Assembly: GCA_965237905.1 (NCBI GenBank)
Contig: OZ250172.1
Location: forward strand, 1,984,001 to 2,048,000
Source of the DNA: Nitrospinaceae bacterium
Lineage (GTDB): Bacteria; Nitrospinota; Nitrospinia; Nitrospinales; Nitrospinaceae
Length of the DNA stretch: 64,000 bases
Direction of reading: 5' to 3'
This document shows positions 41,322-52,049 of this stretch, in pieces. The position numbers were made by a program, and so were the translations under genes. The notes beneath the pieces are model-generated. The model had not been told where the DNA came from and did not search any database. It saw only the letters and a program-made list of their open reading frames with translations. How positions within the stretch are numbered: the stretch's first letter is position 1; the number at the start of each line of letters is the position of its first letter.

Positions 41322-42413
41322 TTATTTAACCCTGTTGCGTATACAAAGCTTTCCTTCACACGGGACTAGTAATCCGATCTTGTTGTTGTATTGGCCTTGG
41401 AAGTAGTTTCCCATCTCCGTAAACCAGATATTGCCTTCCTTATCCAAGGTGATTTGTGTGGGGTGACTGTCGGGAGTAGGCAGTTTATAGTATCTCAAGC
41501 CTTTACGGGTCCCTGGCCTGGCTTTGGACAAGTCGAGCCGGCCGATGGCATCCGGATTAGCGGCGGTGAACCAGACGTACCCCCGCTTCTCATCGACATA
41601 GACATCGTGCGGATTGCGCCCCTTGCCCAGAAAATACTCCACAATTTTCGGTTTTTTCCGGTTCAAATCCAGTTTCGCCAGTTTGCTGGCAAACATTTCA
41701 GTCAACCAAATTGTGCTGCTCCGGGATACGGTCATACCATGCGGAACGGATTTTTCTGGAGGGATTATAATTTCCTCTACCTCTCCGGTTAAGAGGTCCA
41801 GCGAACCCAGCTTATTAAAGAAAGTATTGACCCAGAACATGCCCCCCTGTGTGTACCATAGCTTGTTCCCCACCAGGACTAGGGCGTGTGGGTTACCGGG
41901 TCCGATAGGGAATTCAGTGATCTTGCCGGTCTTGGGATCCAATTCACCTACCTTATTGGTCTGAAACTCCAGGAACCAGATCGAGCCGTCCGGAGCCTCT
42001 ACTATTTGATGAGGCTCGCTGTGGGGAGATGGGATGTCATATTCCTTAATGGCTCCGGTTTTGGGGTCCAGACTTCCGATGCGGTTTGCTCCTTCTGTGA
42101 ACCAGATCATGCCATTTTTAGCAATGGTGAGGTAATGGGGTTTGCTATTAGGGTTGGGCAGTTCGTATTCGGTAATTCCCTGGGAGGTTAAAGACTGCGC
42201 TTTGGAAGGATCCAGCTTGCCGATCCGGTTGGCATTCAGTTCTGTAAACCATAGGTTGCCTTCAGCGTCAAAGGCCAGATCCGCAGGACTGCTGTCTGGT
42301 GTCGGGGTGTGGTATTCCAAAACAATATCCCCAAACGCATAGGACGAAACGGCCAGAAAACATCCGCCCACCAACAAAACAAAATGCAATTTTCCGAGCC
42401 ATTGCTTTACCAC
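41322..42413 (-). CDS. Secreted virginiamycin B lyase (Vgb)-like beta-propeller
   Basis: Signal peptide; repeats of P.S.P..I....DG.IWFTE...NKIG.LDP. Confidence 0.8.
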   Translation of the reverse strand: MVKQWLGKLHFVLLVGGCFLAVSSYAFGDIVLEYHTPTPDSSPADLAFDAEGNLWFTELNANRIGKLDPSKAQSLTSQGITEYELPNPNSKPHYLTIAKNGMIWFTEGANRIGSLDPKTGAIKEYDIPSPHSEPHQIVEAPDGSIWFLEFQTNKVGELDPKTGKITEFPIGPGNPHALVLVGNKLWYTQGGMFWVNTFFNKLGSLDLLTGEVEEIIIPPEKSVPHGMTVSRSSTIWLTEMFASKLAKLDLNRKKPKIVEYFLGKGRNPHDVYVDEKRGYVWFTAANPDAIGRLDLSKARPGTRKGLRYYKLPTPDSHPTQITLDKEGNIWFTEMGNYFQGQYNNKIGLLVPCEGKLCIRNRVK

Positions 42414-42574
42414 GGCACTTTAACCTTTAGTTATCAATGATTTCCTAAGTACTTAGTATAATATACCATTAACCCAAAGTGGGTATAAATAAAGGCTCGT
42501 TTTTTATTCTTATTTGCGGTAAATGGCCTTACTCTAAGTGGAAACAACATTTTACAAATAATTGTTGGAACACC

Positions 42575-43507
42575 ATGTCCCTTATTGAGGTCAAAGACCT
42601 AACATTCGAATATCCAGGGAAAAAGGCTTTGGACAAGGTTTCCTTTTCCATAGAATCCGGCTCCGTGACTGCTCTGGTAGGCCCCAATGGAGCGGGTAAA
42701 ACCACCCTGATGAACTGTCTGGCCGCGCTGGCCCGGCCGGTTTCCGGACATATTCGTCTGGATGAGGTTTCCGTACTGGATAACCCCAGGGAGTGCCACC
42801 GCTTGATCGGGTATTTACCTGATTTCTATGGCCTTTATGATGACCTGACAGTCCGGCAATGCCTGGAGTATATGGCATTGGCGCAAGACATTGCGCCTGA
42901 AACGATAGATAAAACCATTCAGCTGACTGTGCAAAGAGTGCATCTTTTAGACCGGCTGAAAAGCAAGGTGGGAGACCTGTCGCGCGGTTTACGGCAGAGG
43001 TTGGCGATCGGCCAGGCGATTATTCACGATCCGAAAATCATCCTGCTGGATGAACCGGCGTCGGGACTGGACCCGAAAGCCCGCCAGCAGTTGTCCGAAC
43101 TGCTTCTCGAACTGCGTGATGAGGGTAAAACACTGATGGTGTCTTCTCACATTTTGACGGAACTGGAGGACTACTCCACTCACATGATGGTGATTCATGA
43201 CGGCAAACTGGAAGACAATACGGCGATCCGCGACCAGAAAACCCAAAACCTCAGAACCCTGCTCCTCACCCTTTCCCGGCCTGCTGAAGGTTTGGCGGAA
43301 GCTTTGAGCCAGATGGAGCGCGTCAGCCAGATTCAGGCCAATGGGACCTCAATTGAATTTATGTTTGAGGGAACGGATGAAGACCAGCATCAATTGCTCA
43401 AACAACTCTTAAGCAATAACTGGCCGGTGTGTGCTTTTGCCATCAGAGAAAAAAACCTGCAGGAAACCTATCTCGAAAAGTTTGGAGCCCATCCCCATGC
43501 GCCGTAA
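42575..43507 (+). CDS. ABC exporter ATP-binding protein
   Basis: GPNGAGKTT, LSRGLRQR, LLDEPASGLDP and SSH motifs. Confidence 0.92.
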   Translation: MSLIEVKDLTFEYPGKKALDKVSFSIESGSVTALVGPNGAGKTTLMNCLAALARPVSGHIRLDEVSVLDNPRECHRLIGYLPDFYGLYDDLTVRQCLEYMALAQDIAPETIDKTIQLTVQRVHLLDRLKSKVGDLSRGLRQRLAIGQAIIHDPKIILLDEPASGLDPKARQQLSELLLELRDEGKTLMVSSHILTELEDYSTHMMVIHDGKLEDNTAIRDQKTQNLRTLLLTLSRPAEGLAEALSQMERVSQIQANGTSIEFMFEGTDEDQHQLLKQLLSNNWPVCAFAIREKNLQETYLEKFGAHPHAP

Positions 43508-44942
43508 TCCTGAATTCCAAAGAAATCTCTGGCTGGAGATCACGCCCCATCGGCTTGTCGTGACACCTCTCATTTTGGGTGCGATTTACTACCTGATTTT
43601 GTTTTCGGACGACCATAACGAATTAGCCCTGCTGATGACTTCCTTGTGGGTATTCGTCCTGTTGACCGGGTTATGGGGAGCTTACCAGGCAGAGAACTCG
43701 GTGGTGACTGAAATTCAAAACAAAACCTGGCCGCTACAACGCCTGACTTCCATCAATCCCTGGGCCATGACCTGGGGGAAACTATTCGGCAGTACCCTGT
43801 TTTCCTGGTATGCCGGGTTGTGGAGTCTGCTGGTATTTGTTTTGACGTGGCTTCTGACACCGGAAATTTTTCTGTTTTCCACTCCGGGTAAAAAGTGGGT
43901 CCTGTTGTCTCACGGAATAGGGCCTGCAATCCTGTTCACAGCCGGACTCACATTATGGTTTCAGGCCTGGGGTTTTCTGATGGGGATGTATCATTTGCAA
44001 AATAAGACATCCAAGAGCAAACGAAAATCCGGTCTCGCCTCCATCATAAGTATTATTTTTCTGCCCGGCATAATTAGTTCATCCTTTCATCCGGTAGGCG
44101 TGCCTTATGGTTTGCATTGGTATCAATGGGAGTTCAATCAGTTCTGGTTCGGGCTGGCGTCGATATATATATTTTTGGGATGGCTGATGACCGGAATTTA
44201 TATGCAGATGCGGCGGGAACTTCAGGTATCCAACCCACCCTGGGTTTGGGCGGCATTTATGGTATTCCTGGTGGGTTATGCCATGGGATTTTTTCAAGGT
44301 AAGGGAAGTGCCATCTCCAGTGAGGTAGATCTCTGGGTGTTTCGGTTGTTTTCCGGATGGGTTTTGATGACCAGCCTGACCTATTTGATTTTATGGTGGG
44401 AGCGGGCCGACGGGGTGGATGTACGCCGTTTGTTCCATTTGTGGAATATCAATCGCATTCGTGACGCATTACATGAAATTCCCCGCTGGCTGGTGGGCTT
44501 GATTTTGACATGGGCCATCGCGGTCGGGCTGATCATGGTTCAGGCGATGTACGGGGAGGAACTCCCGTCCGGTCTCATGATGATGCAGGTTTTGACTGGG
44601 TCGAGGCTCCGTCCCGAAGGTGGAGATGTTTTTAATCTTTATGGATTTGTGATTGCCGCGATGTTCTTTTTGATGCGGGATATCGCTCTTCTCCTGTATT
44701 TCTATTTTTCCGAAAAACCGCAACGTGCACTGGCGACCGCCTTTGTTTACTGGATTGTCCTCTACCTGCTGATTCCCCTGTTGCTGGGTGTGATCTGGAT
44801 GGATGCGCTGAATTCCGTGTTTCTACCCAATGGAACAGTGCATTTTGCCTACGCGGTATTGCCCCCGTTGCTCCAGGCAGGATTGATGTGGCACTATACC
44901 ATCCGCCGCTGGCGCACCCGCTTCGGCTCCCCGGTTGTTTGA
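43497..44942 (+). CDS. ABC-type permease / multi-pass membrane protein
   Basis: Overlaps the ATPase stop; NPEFQRNLWLE start, GKLFG motif, many TMs. Confidence 0.75.
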   Translation: MRRNPEFQRNLWLEITPHRLVVTPLILGAIYYLILFSDDHNELALLMTSLWVFVLLTGLWGAYQAENSVVTEIQNKTWPLQRLTSINPWAMTWGKLFGSTLFSWYAGLWSLLVFVLTWLLTPEIFLFSTPGKKWVLLSHGIGPAILFTAGLTLWFQAWGFLMGMYHLQNKTSKSKRKSGLASIISIIFLPGIISSSFHPVGVPYGLHWYQWEFNQFWFGLASIYIFLGWLMTGIYMQMRRELQVSNPPWVWAAFMVFLVGYAMGFFQGKGSAISSEVDLWVFRLFSGWVLMTSLTYLILWWERADGVDVRRLFHLWNINRIRDALHEIPRWLVGLILTWAIAVGLIMVQAMYGEELPSGLMMMQVLTGSRLRPEGGDVFNLYGFVIAAMFFLMRDIALLLYFYFSEKPQRALATAFVYWIVLYLLIPLLLGVIWMDALNSVFLPNGTVHFAYAVLPPLLQAGLMWHYTIRRWRTRFGSPVV

Positions 44943-45070
44943 TCCATCAAGTTGTTTCTTCCATTAGACTTTAATCCCCATTGATACGAGTTTGTCCTTG
45001 TGTCCTCTGTTGGATTCCAATAGAATTTTAGGGTTTTCATTAAATAAATCCTAACCCCTGAAAATCATCC

Positions 45071-46594
45071 ATGATCAAAACTTCCGTTAAAGCCGACGAC
45101 GTTCTTAAACATAAAACCGATTGCCTGATTCTGTTCAGCCCGGAAATAAAACCGGCGGGACTTCTGAAACAGATCGACAGCCTGCTGAATGGCGCGCTGA
45201 CGGCCGCATTCAAGTCGAAACGCTTCGAGGGCAAACTCAACCAGACTTTCCAGCAAAGCGTGCGCGGGTTGATGGGCGCGGACTCCATTATTGTCGTAGG
45301 ACTGGGCAAATCGAAGGACGCCAAAGAAGAGCAAATCCGGCAGGCATCCGGCACCGGCGCCAAGGCGGCTGAAAAATCGCGCCACAACAAGATTGCGATT
45401 TTCCTGGATGAGAAAGATGCGGGTAAACCCGCAAAATCCAAAAAAAATCAAACAGGCAGTCCCGTGTCCGCGGCATTGGTGGAGGGAGCCCAACTCGGGC
45501 TGTACCATTTCGATCAGTACAAGAGCCAGGATAAGGACGATCCGCCGTCCCGCATCCAGGAGATCACAGTTCTTGCCTCTTCCAAATCCAAAGTGAAGGA
45601 TTGCCAAAAGGGCGTCGATCAGGCGGAGAAGTTGTGCGAGGCGGTGCTCGCCACGCGCGATCTCATGCACCATCCCAGCAACACCGCCACACCTACGTTT
45701 CTTGCGAAAGCCGCGCAAACGATGGCGCGCAAGCACAAGATCACCTGTAAGATCCTTGAGAAAAAGGACATGGAAAAACTGAAGATGGGGTCTTTGCTGG
45801 GGGTGGCCCGGGGCAGTCATGAACCGCCCAAGTTCATTGTCATGGAATACAAAGGCGGTAAAGCGAAGGACAAACCGGTGGTGATTGTCGGCAAGGGCGT
45901 CACATTTGATACCGGAGGGATCTCGCTCAAACCCGGCGGCGGCATGGACGAGATGAAGTTCGACATGTCCGGCGGTGCGGTCACTATCGGTACCCTGCAG
46001 GCGGCGGCCAGCCTGAAACTCAAGGTCAACGTCGTGGGACTTGTCCCTGCAACGGAAAACATGCCGGGTGGCTCGGCCATCAAACCGGGGGATATTCTCA
46101 CCGCGTCCAACGGAAAGACCATCGAAGTGTTGAACACCGACGCGGAAGGGCGGTTGATCCTTGCCGACGCACTGGTGTACGCGCAACGGTACAAACCGAG
46201 AGCGTTGATCGATCTGGCCACCTTGACCGGCGCGGTGATCATGGCGCTGGGACATCAAGCCGCGGCGGCCGTGGGCACGGATCCGAAACTGATTCAAACA
46301 TTGATTGCAAGTGGAGACGCCACCGGCGAACGTTTGTGGGAACTGCCTTTGTACGAAGAATTCGAAAAGGCCACGAAGAGCGACATTGCCGATCTCAAAA
46401 ACATTACTTCCAAAGGTGTTGGCGCGGGCACGATCACCGGCGCGGCGTTTTTGAAACCGTTCACCGGTGACTTCCCCTGGGTACATCTTGATATCGCGGG
46501 GACCGCCTGGACTTCCAATGAAAAGCCGTACGTTCCAAAGGGCGGATCCGCCTACGGTGTGCGCCTGCTCATCGATTACCTGAAAAACCTCTGA
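45071..46594 (+). CDS. pepA: Leucyl aminopeptidase (M17)
   Basis: VGKGVTFDTGGISLK, MKFDMSG, NTDAEGRLILAD, ATLTGA, HLDIAG motifs. Confidence 0.97.
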   Translation: MIKTSVKADDVLKHKTDCLILFSPEIKPAGLLKQIDSLLNGALTAAFKSKRFEGKLNQTFQQSVRGLMGADSIIVVGLGKSKDAKEEQIRQASGTGAKAAEKSRHNKIAIFLDEKDAGKPAKSKKNQTGSPVSAALVEGAQLGLYHFDQYKSQDKDDPPSRIQEITVLASSKSKVKDCQKGVDQAEKLCEAVLATRDLMHHPSNTATPTFLAKAAQTMARKHKITCKILEKKDMEKLKMGSLLGVARGSHEPPKFIVMEYKGGKAKDKPVVIVGKGVTFDTGGISLKPGGGMDEMKFDMSGGAVTIGTLQAAASLKLKVNVVGLVPATENMPGGSAIKPGDILTASNGKTIEVLNTDAEGRLILADALVYAQRYKPRALIDLATLTGAVIMALGHQAAAAVGTDPKLIQTLIASGDATGERLWELPLYEEFEKATKSDIADLKNITSKGVGAGTITGAAFLKPFTGDFPWVHLDIAGTAWTSNEKPYVPKGGSAYGVRLLIDYLKNL

Positions 46595-46597
46595 TCC

Positions 46598-47080
46598 ATG
46601 ACCGATACGATCATCATGTTCGTCCACCTGATGGCCGCGGCGGTGGCGGCGGGAAGCAGTGTTTTCGGCCTGGTCCTGTTGTGGCCCCGCATCTTCAGCT
46701 CAAAGAAGGACGAAACGCTGGATGAGAATTCCGTTCCTTATAAAATAATTGATCTGTTGGCACCAACCGTTTTTACCTGCCTGTTGTTGTTGATCGGGTC
46801 CGGCGTCTATTACATGATGGAAAATTACACCGAGCAGGTCAATTTGAAGGAAGGGTATTATAATATCCTTGGCATCAAACTGATCTTTGTGGTGGTGGCA
46901 TTTTTGTTGAGCCTGTACCAAACCTTCGGCCTGCGTTCCAAAATTGCGCACTTGGACCTGCGGCCGGAAAACCGTGAATGGGTCCGCCCCACGCTGGAGA
47001 AAATGAAATATCTGGGCGGCATCACATTGGGCACCATTGTTTTCGCTATTTTCATGGGCATCTACCTGGCCCGGTATTAA
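46598..47080 (+). CDS. CopD-like / 4-TM membrane protein
   Basis: VHLMAAAV..G first helix, LGIKL motif, four TMs. Confidence 0.6.
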   Translation: MTDTIIMFVHLMAAAVAAGSSVFGLVLLWPRIFSSKKDETLDENSVPYKIIDLLAPTVFTCLLLLIGSGVYYMMENYTEQVNLKEGYYNILGIKLIFVVVAFLLSLYQTFGLRSKIAHLDLRPENREWVRPTLEKMKYLGGITLGTIVFAIFMGIYLARY

Positions 47081-47192
47081 TTTAGCAGGAGCGGAATAGC
47101 ACGATCCGTTCGTTGACTTCGCCGGGAAAGTGGCTTGTGCTGATATTCGATTTTAAGTAGTATGGTCTGAAATTGTTAACCGGAGTATTGCG

Positions 47193-47471
47193 ATGACAGA
47201 ACAAGAATCGACCCCACCCCAACCTGCACCTGAAGAATCCCTGAAGGCGGAAATCCCCGCACCCGAAGGCTTGGACGCGGACCCCTCAACCGAAGCGGAG
47301 GAAGAGATCGATCTGAATCATTTGTTTCCGGGAGAGGAGACCGATCTCAATGAATTGTTTCCGGAGCAGGAGATGCGGTCTCTTTTGAAGAAAGTCCAAA
47401 GGAATAAAAAAGACCTGGGTAAAATGAAGGACCGTTTTTCGGATACGTTTAGCGAGTCGGATTCGGATTGA
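47193..47471 (+). CDS. Small acidic hypothetical protein
   Basis: GGAG RBS; internal DLNxLFP repeat occurring twice. Confidence 0.55.
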   Translation: MTEQESTPPQPAPEESLKAEIPAPEGLDADPSTEAEEEIDLNHLFPGEETDLNELFPEQEMRSLLKKVQRNKKDLGKMKDRFSDTFSESDSD

Positions 47472-47484
47472 TTGCCTGCCCCAC

Positions 47485-47988
47485 TCATTTGCACCGGACA
47501 AAAAATTCCCGTTCTTCCAGAAAGTTGTTATCCAGAAAAACCCGCACCTTCCACTTACCGTAAAACTTTGCCACCTCGGCGTTGAGATGAGTGGACGCCG
47601 CCTGGGTTTCCACATTTAAAAACTCCAGAGCCAGCCAGCCGTTGGTTTCCTTGTGTTGCCCCACAAAGTCCAGATGACCTTGATCTTGTAAAGTTCCTTC
47701 AGGATTGAACCAACGCGCAGTGATGCGGTGTTCGCCGTATACCTTGAACCATGTGGTCATCAGATAGACCCGTTCCCGGCAATCAAATTCGCTGGCTGTT
47801 TGCGGGTCGGCCAGGTTTTTTACCAGCTTCAAGGTATAGGAAGGCACGTTCACCTCGGCAACACTCCCAGCCACAGGGAGCCCCGCCAGAAGCAACAGGA
47901 TGGATAGGATTCGCAGAGTCACAACGTTATTGATGAATGGACGCAGGGGATTAATTGATGGCATAGTCTTCTGGAGCAGGAGATCCAC
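47485..47988 (-). CDS. Hypothetical exported protein (Ig-like beta fold likely)
   Basis: Signal-like segment; W..P.G and GKW.V.V.LD motifs; start uncertain. Confidence 0.65.
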   Translation of the reverse strand: MDLLLQKTMPSINPLRPFINNVVTLRILSILLLLAGLPVAGSVAEVNVPSYTLKLVKNLADPQTASEFDCRERVYLMTTWFKVYGEHRITARWFNPEGTLQDQGHLDFVGQHKETNGWLALEFLNVETQAASTHLNAEVAKFYGKWKVRVFLDNNFLEEREFFVRCK

Positions 47989-48682
47989 GCAGGGTGTGAC
48001 CGTGTCGGGTATTCGGTACGTTGTTCAAGCGGTTGAGAACACTCGTCATATGGTGCACTCCCAGACTATAATGTAAAGTCGCAAACGTGTTCCGCGCATG
48101 CGTAAAGGAATCGATCGCCATGGGAATTCGATTCGCCTTCCAGTACATGTGTCCCATGCTCTCATGGACGCTTCCCAAAACCCGGTTGGGTTCGCCGTCT
48201 TTCAACAAGTCCAGGGACTGGGAATACCTTTTTTCGGCTTCCTCGAAGTGTTCCAGCTTCGTATGAAGATCAGCCAGTTCCTTGATGGAGTCGGCCTGTT
48301 CCAGCCGGTTTGCAATCTGGGCATGATACCGGGCGGCAAGCAGATAATGCTTTTCCGCTTTTTCCGGTTCCCGGGCCCAGACATATAAGTCAGCCAACGC
48401 ATTATAAGTGGTGGCGACGCGATGAATATCCTTGCGCTCTTCGTAAATGGCGAGCGCCTTGTGATAATTTTCCGCCGCCTGGGAGAATTCCCGGTAGAAA
48501 TAATTTTCCGATGCTTTTTGGATGTAGGAGGCGGCGATGTCTTTCGGTTCGGGATAAGGGTTGATGGTGTTTTCCGTTAGCATCGGCAGACGTTTTTCGC
48601 TGATGATTAGAAACGGTAAGACTACCAGCAGGGCGAATCCCGCCAACAGCATCAACCCTTTTTTGTTCCAGAATTTTTTCAT
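47951..48682 (-). CDS. Membrane-anchored TPR protein
   Basis: N-terminal TM; repeats of A..Y.KAL.I...A..Y..LA.LY. Confidence 0.8.
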   Translation of the reverse strand: MKKFWNKKGLMLLAGFALLVVLPFLIISEKRLPMLTENTINPYPEPKDIAASYIQKASENYFYREFSQAAENYHKALAIYEERKDIHRVATTYNALADLYVWAREPEKAEKHYLLAARYHAQIANRLEQADSIKELADLHTKLEHFEEAEKRYSQSLDLLKDGEPNRVLGSVHESMGHMYWKANRIPMAIDSFTHARNTFATLHYSLGVHHMTSVLNRLNNVPNTRHGHTLRGSPAPEDYAIN

Positions 48683-48795
48683 GAGACCGAAGTGGACTAT
48701 TTGAAAAATAGAGAACCGCCGCATCCACAGTTACTGCTTAATTATACTCCAGTCCGATTCAGAGGGATCAATTAATCATTCGGATTCCAGGTATG

Positions 48796-49791
48796 TCAGG
48801 AACGATTGACCCGTAATCCTCTCGCTACAAACTTGAAATCCAATACGTTGCCGCCGTGGTCCTGCAGGGCGTGGGCAACTTCTTCCTGTTTCCGGGGAGG
48901 GATGAAAAATGCGACACACCCGCCACCGCCCGCCCCACATACTTTCGCGGCCAGGGCGCCTTTCTTTTTTGCGGCGAGGATCATGCGGTCCATGGATGCG
49001 GTGCTGATGCCCAGTGCCAGCGCTTTGCGGGCTTTCCATTCCTCGTTGAACCAGTGCTCGAATCGGGTCAACTTGCCTTGCGCTAACTGTTTTTCCATTC
49101 GGCGTGCCACCTCGGCGATGCGGGACAGGTTTTTATGCGCTTTCGGGTTGCCGTCGATAACTTTCTTGTACACCGACCAGTTGTTGATGCCGGAGTGGTG
49201 CGGCTGGCCCGTGTAGCACAGGACGAACCGTTGGTTGAGGTCTTTGAGGTCGATCGGCAGATGCCGCCGTTCGGTTTTCACCATTCCCGGTTGGATGGAC
49301 TGCACCCCGCCGTACATGGCTGAATAGTAATCCTGGGTTCCGGCGGGCACGTCGATGACCTGGGTTTCAATATTGCGGGCGATTTCGATCATCTGTTCGC
49401 GGTTGTAACGTCTCTTCGTGAAACGGTTGAGGGCACCGTTCAAGGCGATGTTCAGCGCCGAGGAACCGCCGATACCGGATCCCGCCGGGGCCTGACAGTC
49501 CGTGACCAGATGCAAGCCGGTTTTCGGTTGGTAAAACCGAATCAGCTTGATGAGTAATACCAGGGGGTGCCTCTCGGGCAGAGCGGCGAGGTTGCGGAAC
49601 TTTGCTTTGCGGCCCAGATCGCGGGATTCGACGACGATGGTTTTATCCCGCCGGGCGGTCAATTCCACCGTGGCGTATAAATCAATCGCCGCGTTCAGGG
49701 TCGGCGGGTTATCGAAAAAAAGATGGAGCGGCCATAGGTCCAGCGTACCGCCGGCCAGATCGATTCGCGTGGGAGCCGAGCTTCGGATCAT
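48796..49791 (-). CDS. GHMP-family sugar kinase (HddA-like)
   Basis: APTRIDLAGG..D, PAGSGIGGSS, GTQD and KVCGAGGGG motifs. Confidence 0.88.
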   Translation of the reverse strand: MIRSSAPTRIDLAGGTLDLWPLHLFFDNPPTLNAAIDLYATVELTARRDKTIVVESRDLGRKAKFRNLAALPERHPLVLLIKLIRFYQPKTGLHLVTDCQAPAGSGIGGSSALNIALNGALNRFTKRRYNREQMIEIARNIETQVIDVPAGTQDYYSAMYGGVQSIQPGMVKTERRHLPIDLKDLNQRFVLCYTGQPHHSGINNWSVYKKVIDGNPKAHKNLSRIAEVARRMEKQLAQGKLTRFEHWFNEEWKARKALALGISTASMDRMILAAKKKGALAAKVCGAGGGGCVAFFIPPRKQEEVAHALQDHGGNVLDFKFVARGLRVNRS

Positions 49792-49819
49792 GTTTTCTCA
49801 AAGGATGGGTGGGAACAGA

Positions 49820-50482
49820 TCAGATTTTATCTTTATTGTCTTCTTTATCGTCTTTTTTAACGTCATTGCCAGCTTCCAGTTTCTTTACTTTGGCGTTCAA
49901 TTTCTTCATCAACGCATCGAAGGAATCATTATGTATAACCTTGCCGAACTGGGACCTGTAATTCTTGATCAAACTTACCCCTTCTACAGTAATATCGTAC
50001 ACCCGCCACTCGCTCGGGCCTTCGATTAATTTGTAATCGACGTTGATCGAACCGTTTTTGCGCACCACCTCGGTTTTAACCATGGCGTATTTGCCTTTGA
50101 CGATTTCGTCGACGTAATTGATTTTTTCGTCCGAGTAGTTTTCAAGTTTGTTGGCGTAGGAATTTTCCAAAAGTTTGCCGAACACATCGACAAAAGCTTT
50201 TCGTTCCTCAGGAGTTATTTGCTTCCAGTGCTTTTTCCCCAGAGAGCGTTTGCCCATTTCCAGGAAGTTGAATTTGGGAAAGATGATGCCTTTCATTTTG
50301 GCGCGGCGGGTCATGCGGTCATTTTTGTATTGTGGATCGGACACCACATTGATCACCTGATCGATGGTGGCCTTAAGTCCTTCGGTAATTCCCGAGGCCT
50401 GAACCGTTTTTCCGGCTCCCAAAATCAACACCAGCGAAAATCCGATAATCCACCATCGGTTTCGAAAAGATATTTTTTTCAT
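49820..50482 (-). CDS. mlaC: MlaC/Ttg2D family lipid-binding periplasmic protein
   Basis: Signal peptide; W.VYDI.VEGVSL..NYRSQF motif. Confidence 0.88.
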   Translation of the reverse strand: MKKISFRNRWWIIGFSLVLILGAGKTVQASGITEGLKATIDQVINVVSDPQYKNDRMTRRAKMKGIIFPKFNFLEMGKRSLGKKHWKQITPEERKAFVDVFGKLLENSYANKLENYSDEKINYVDEIVKGKYAMVKTEVVRKNGSINVDYKLIEGPSEWRVYDITVEGVSLIKNYRSQFGKVIHNDSFDALMKKLNAKVKKLEAGNDVKKDDKEDNKDKI

Positions 50483-50770
50483 GGTCGATCCTTCCATGAG
50501 TGACATTAACAAAATTTCAATATTGACGAACAGGAGCTAAACGAAGAAAGGCAGGGACAAGGCCCTCCCAGGCTCCCGTGTTTTAATATAATCCATTGTA
50601 AAGCAAGGGGTTAAAAATTTCAGAAAAATTTTCAGGTCCCACGGAGCGCTGCTGTCTCCTTCGACTGTGGGCTCACGAAATCAACCGGTTTGCGCTTGTG
50701 TCCCGCCCCGGTTTTATATACAGTCATCCTTTTTAACCGGCCGGATGAGACCCTCAACCCGGAGGATACC

Positions 50771-52033
50771 ATGAAAATTCTCATTATCGGTGGCGGCGGG
50801 CGCGAGCATGCCCTTGCCTGGAAAATTGCGCAAAGCCCGAAAGTGACCGCCCTGTTTTGCGCGCCGGGCAACCCTGGAACGGCATCGGTGGCCACCAACC
50901 TCGACATCCCGGCAGACGACATCGACAGCCTCTTGCAATTTGCGCTCGACCAGTCCATCGACCTGACGGTAGTCGGTCCGGAGCAACCGCTCGTGCTGGG
51001 TCTCGCCGACTGGTTCCAAGATAATGGCTTGAAAGTGTTCGGTCCCTCTGCCAAGGCGGCGCAACTGGAGGGAAGCAAGGCGTTTTCCAAAGACTTGATG
51101 CAGAAATATGGCATCCCGACCGCCCACTACGCGGCCTTTGATGATGCCGACGAAGCGCGCGCTTATCTTAAAGGCAAAGGTCCGCAAGTGGTGAAGGCCG
51201 ACGGGTTGGCGGCCGGCAAAGGCGTTTTTGTGTGTGCCAACGAAGCCGAAGCGGTGGATGCTATCGGTCAGATCATGAACGATAAAATATTCGGAGAGTC
51301 GGGCAACCGCATCATTATTGAGGAACGTCTGGAGGGGCAGGAAGTTTCGCTGCTGGCGTTCACCGACGGCACCACCGTGCTTCCGATGGAAGCCGCGCAG
51401 GATCATAAGGCCGCGTTCGACGGCGATACCGGACCTAACACCGGAGGCATGGGCGCTTATTCCCCCGCTCCGATTTTCACTCCCGAACTCAAACAACAGG
51501 TGATCGACCAGATCATGGTCCCGGCGGTCAACGGTATGCAGGCGGATGGCATTCCTTATCAGGGCGTTTTGTATGCGGGGTTGATGATCACCCCCAACGG
51601 TCCGAAGACGCTGGAATTCAATGCGCGGTTCGGCGACCCGGAAACGCAACCACTGATGATGCGGATGCAAAGTGACATCGTACCCATCATGGAAGCCTGT
51701 GCCGACGGTACCCTGGAAACGTGTTCGCTGGAATGGAAACCGGAGGCGGCGGTGTGCGTGGTGATGGCGTCGGAGGGTTATCCCGGTTCGTATGAAAAAG
51801 GCCGGCCGATCCGCGGTCTCGATCAGGCCGACTTGCTATCGGGGGTCATGGTGTTCCATGCCGGAACGAAACAGCAGGGAGAAGACATCGTTACCAGCGG
51901 CGGAAGGGTGCTGGGCGTCACCGCGTTGGGCGGCAATGTCCAACAGGCGATTGAAAAGGCTTACCAGGCGGTCGGCAAAATCCAGTGGCAGGGTGCCCAC
52001 TTTCGCAAAGACATCGGCCAAAAAGCCCTCTAG
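50771..52033 (+). CDS. purD: Phosphoribosylamine--glycine ligase
   Basis: [44 protein letters not shown] motifs. Confidence 0.98.
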   Translation: MKILIIGGGGREHALAWKIAQSPKVTALFCAPGNPGTASVATNLDIPADDIDSLLQFALDQSIDLTVVGPEQPLVLGLADWFQDNGLKVFGPSAKAAQLEGSKAFSKDLMQKYGIPTAHYAAFDDADEARAYLKGKGPQVVKADGLAAGKGVFVCANEAEAVDAIGQIMNDKIFGESGNRIIIEERLEGQEVSLLAFTDGTTVLPMEAAQDHKAAFDGDTGPNTGGMGAYSPAPIFTPELKQQVIDQIMVPAVNGMQADGIPYQGVLYAGLMITPNGPKTLEFNARFGDPETQPLMMRMQSDIVPIMEACADGTLETCSLEWKPEAAVCVVMASEGYPGSYEKGRPIRGLDQADLLSGVMVFHAGTKQQGEDIVTSGGRVLGVTALGGNVQQAIEKAYQAVGKIQWQGAHFRKDIGQKAL

Positions 52034-52049
52034 CTCAAAGGAAATTATT

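Noticed and set aside
45065..46627. 520-aa ORF antisense to pepA
   Set aside because: Shadow ORF of a GC-rich gene with no protein motifs. The same applies to the long antisense ORFs over purD, hutU, the MMPL gene and the VWA gene.
50520..50770. Possible ZMP/purine riboswitch upstream of purD
   Set aside because: I could not find the conserved pfl (GACTGGCG...CGCCTGGG) or purine aptamer motifs; an Rfam scan would settle it
51792..52049. N-terminal extension of the peroxiredoxin-like ORF
   Set aside because: Overlaps purD out of frame; AAGGA RBS precedes ATG 52050
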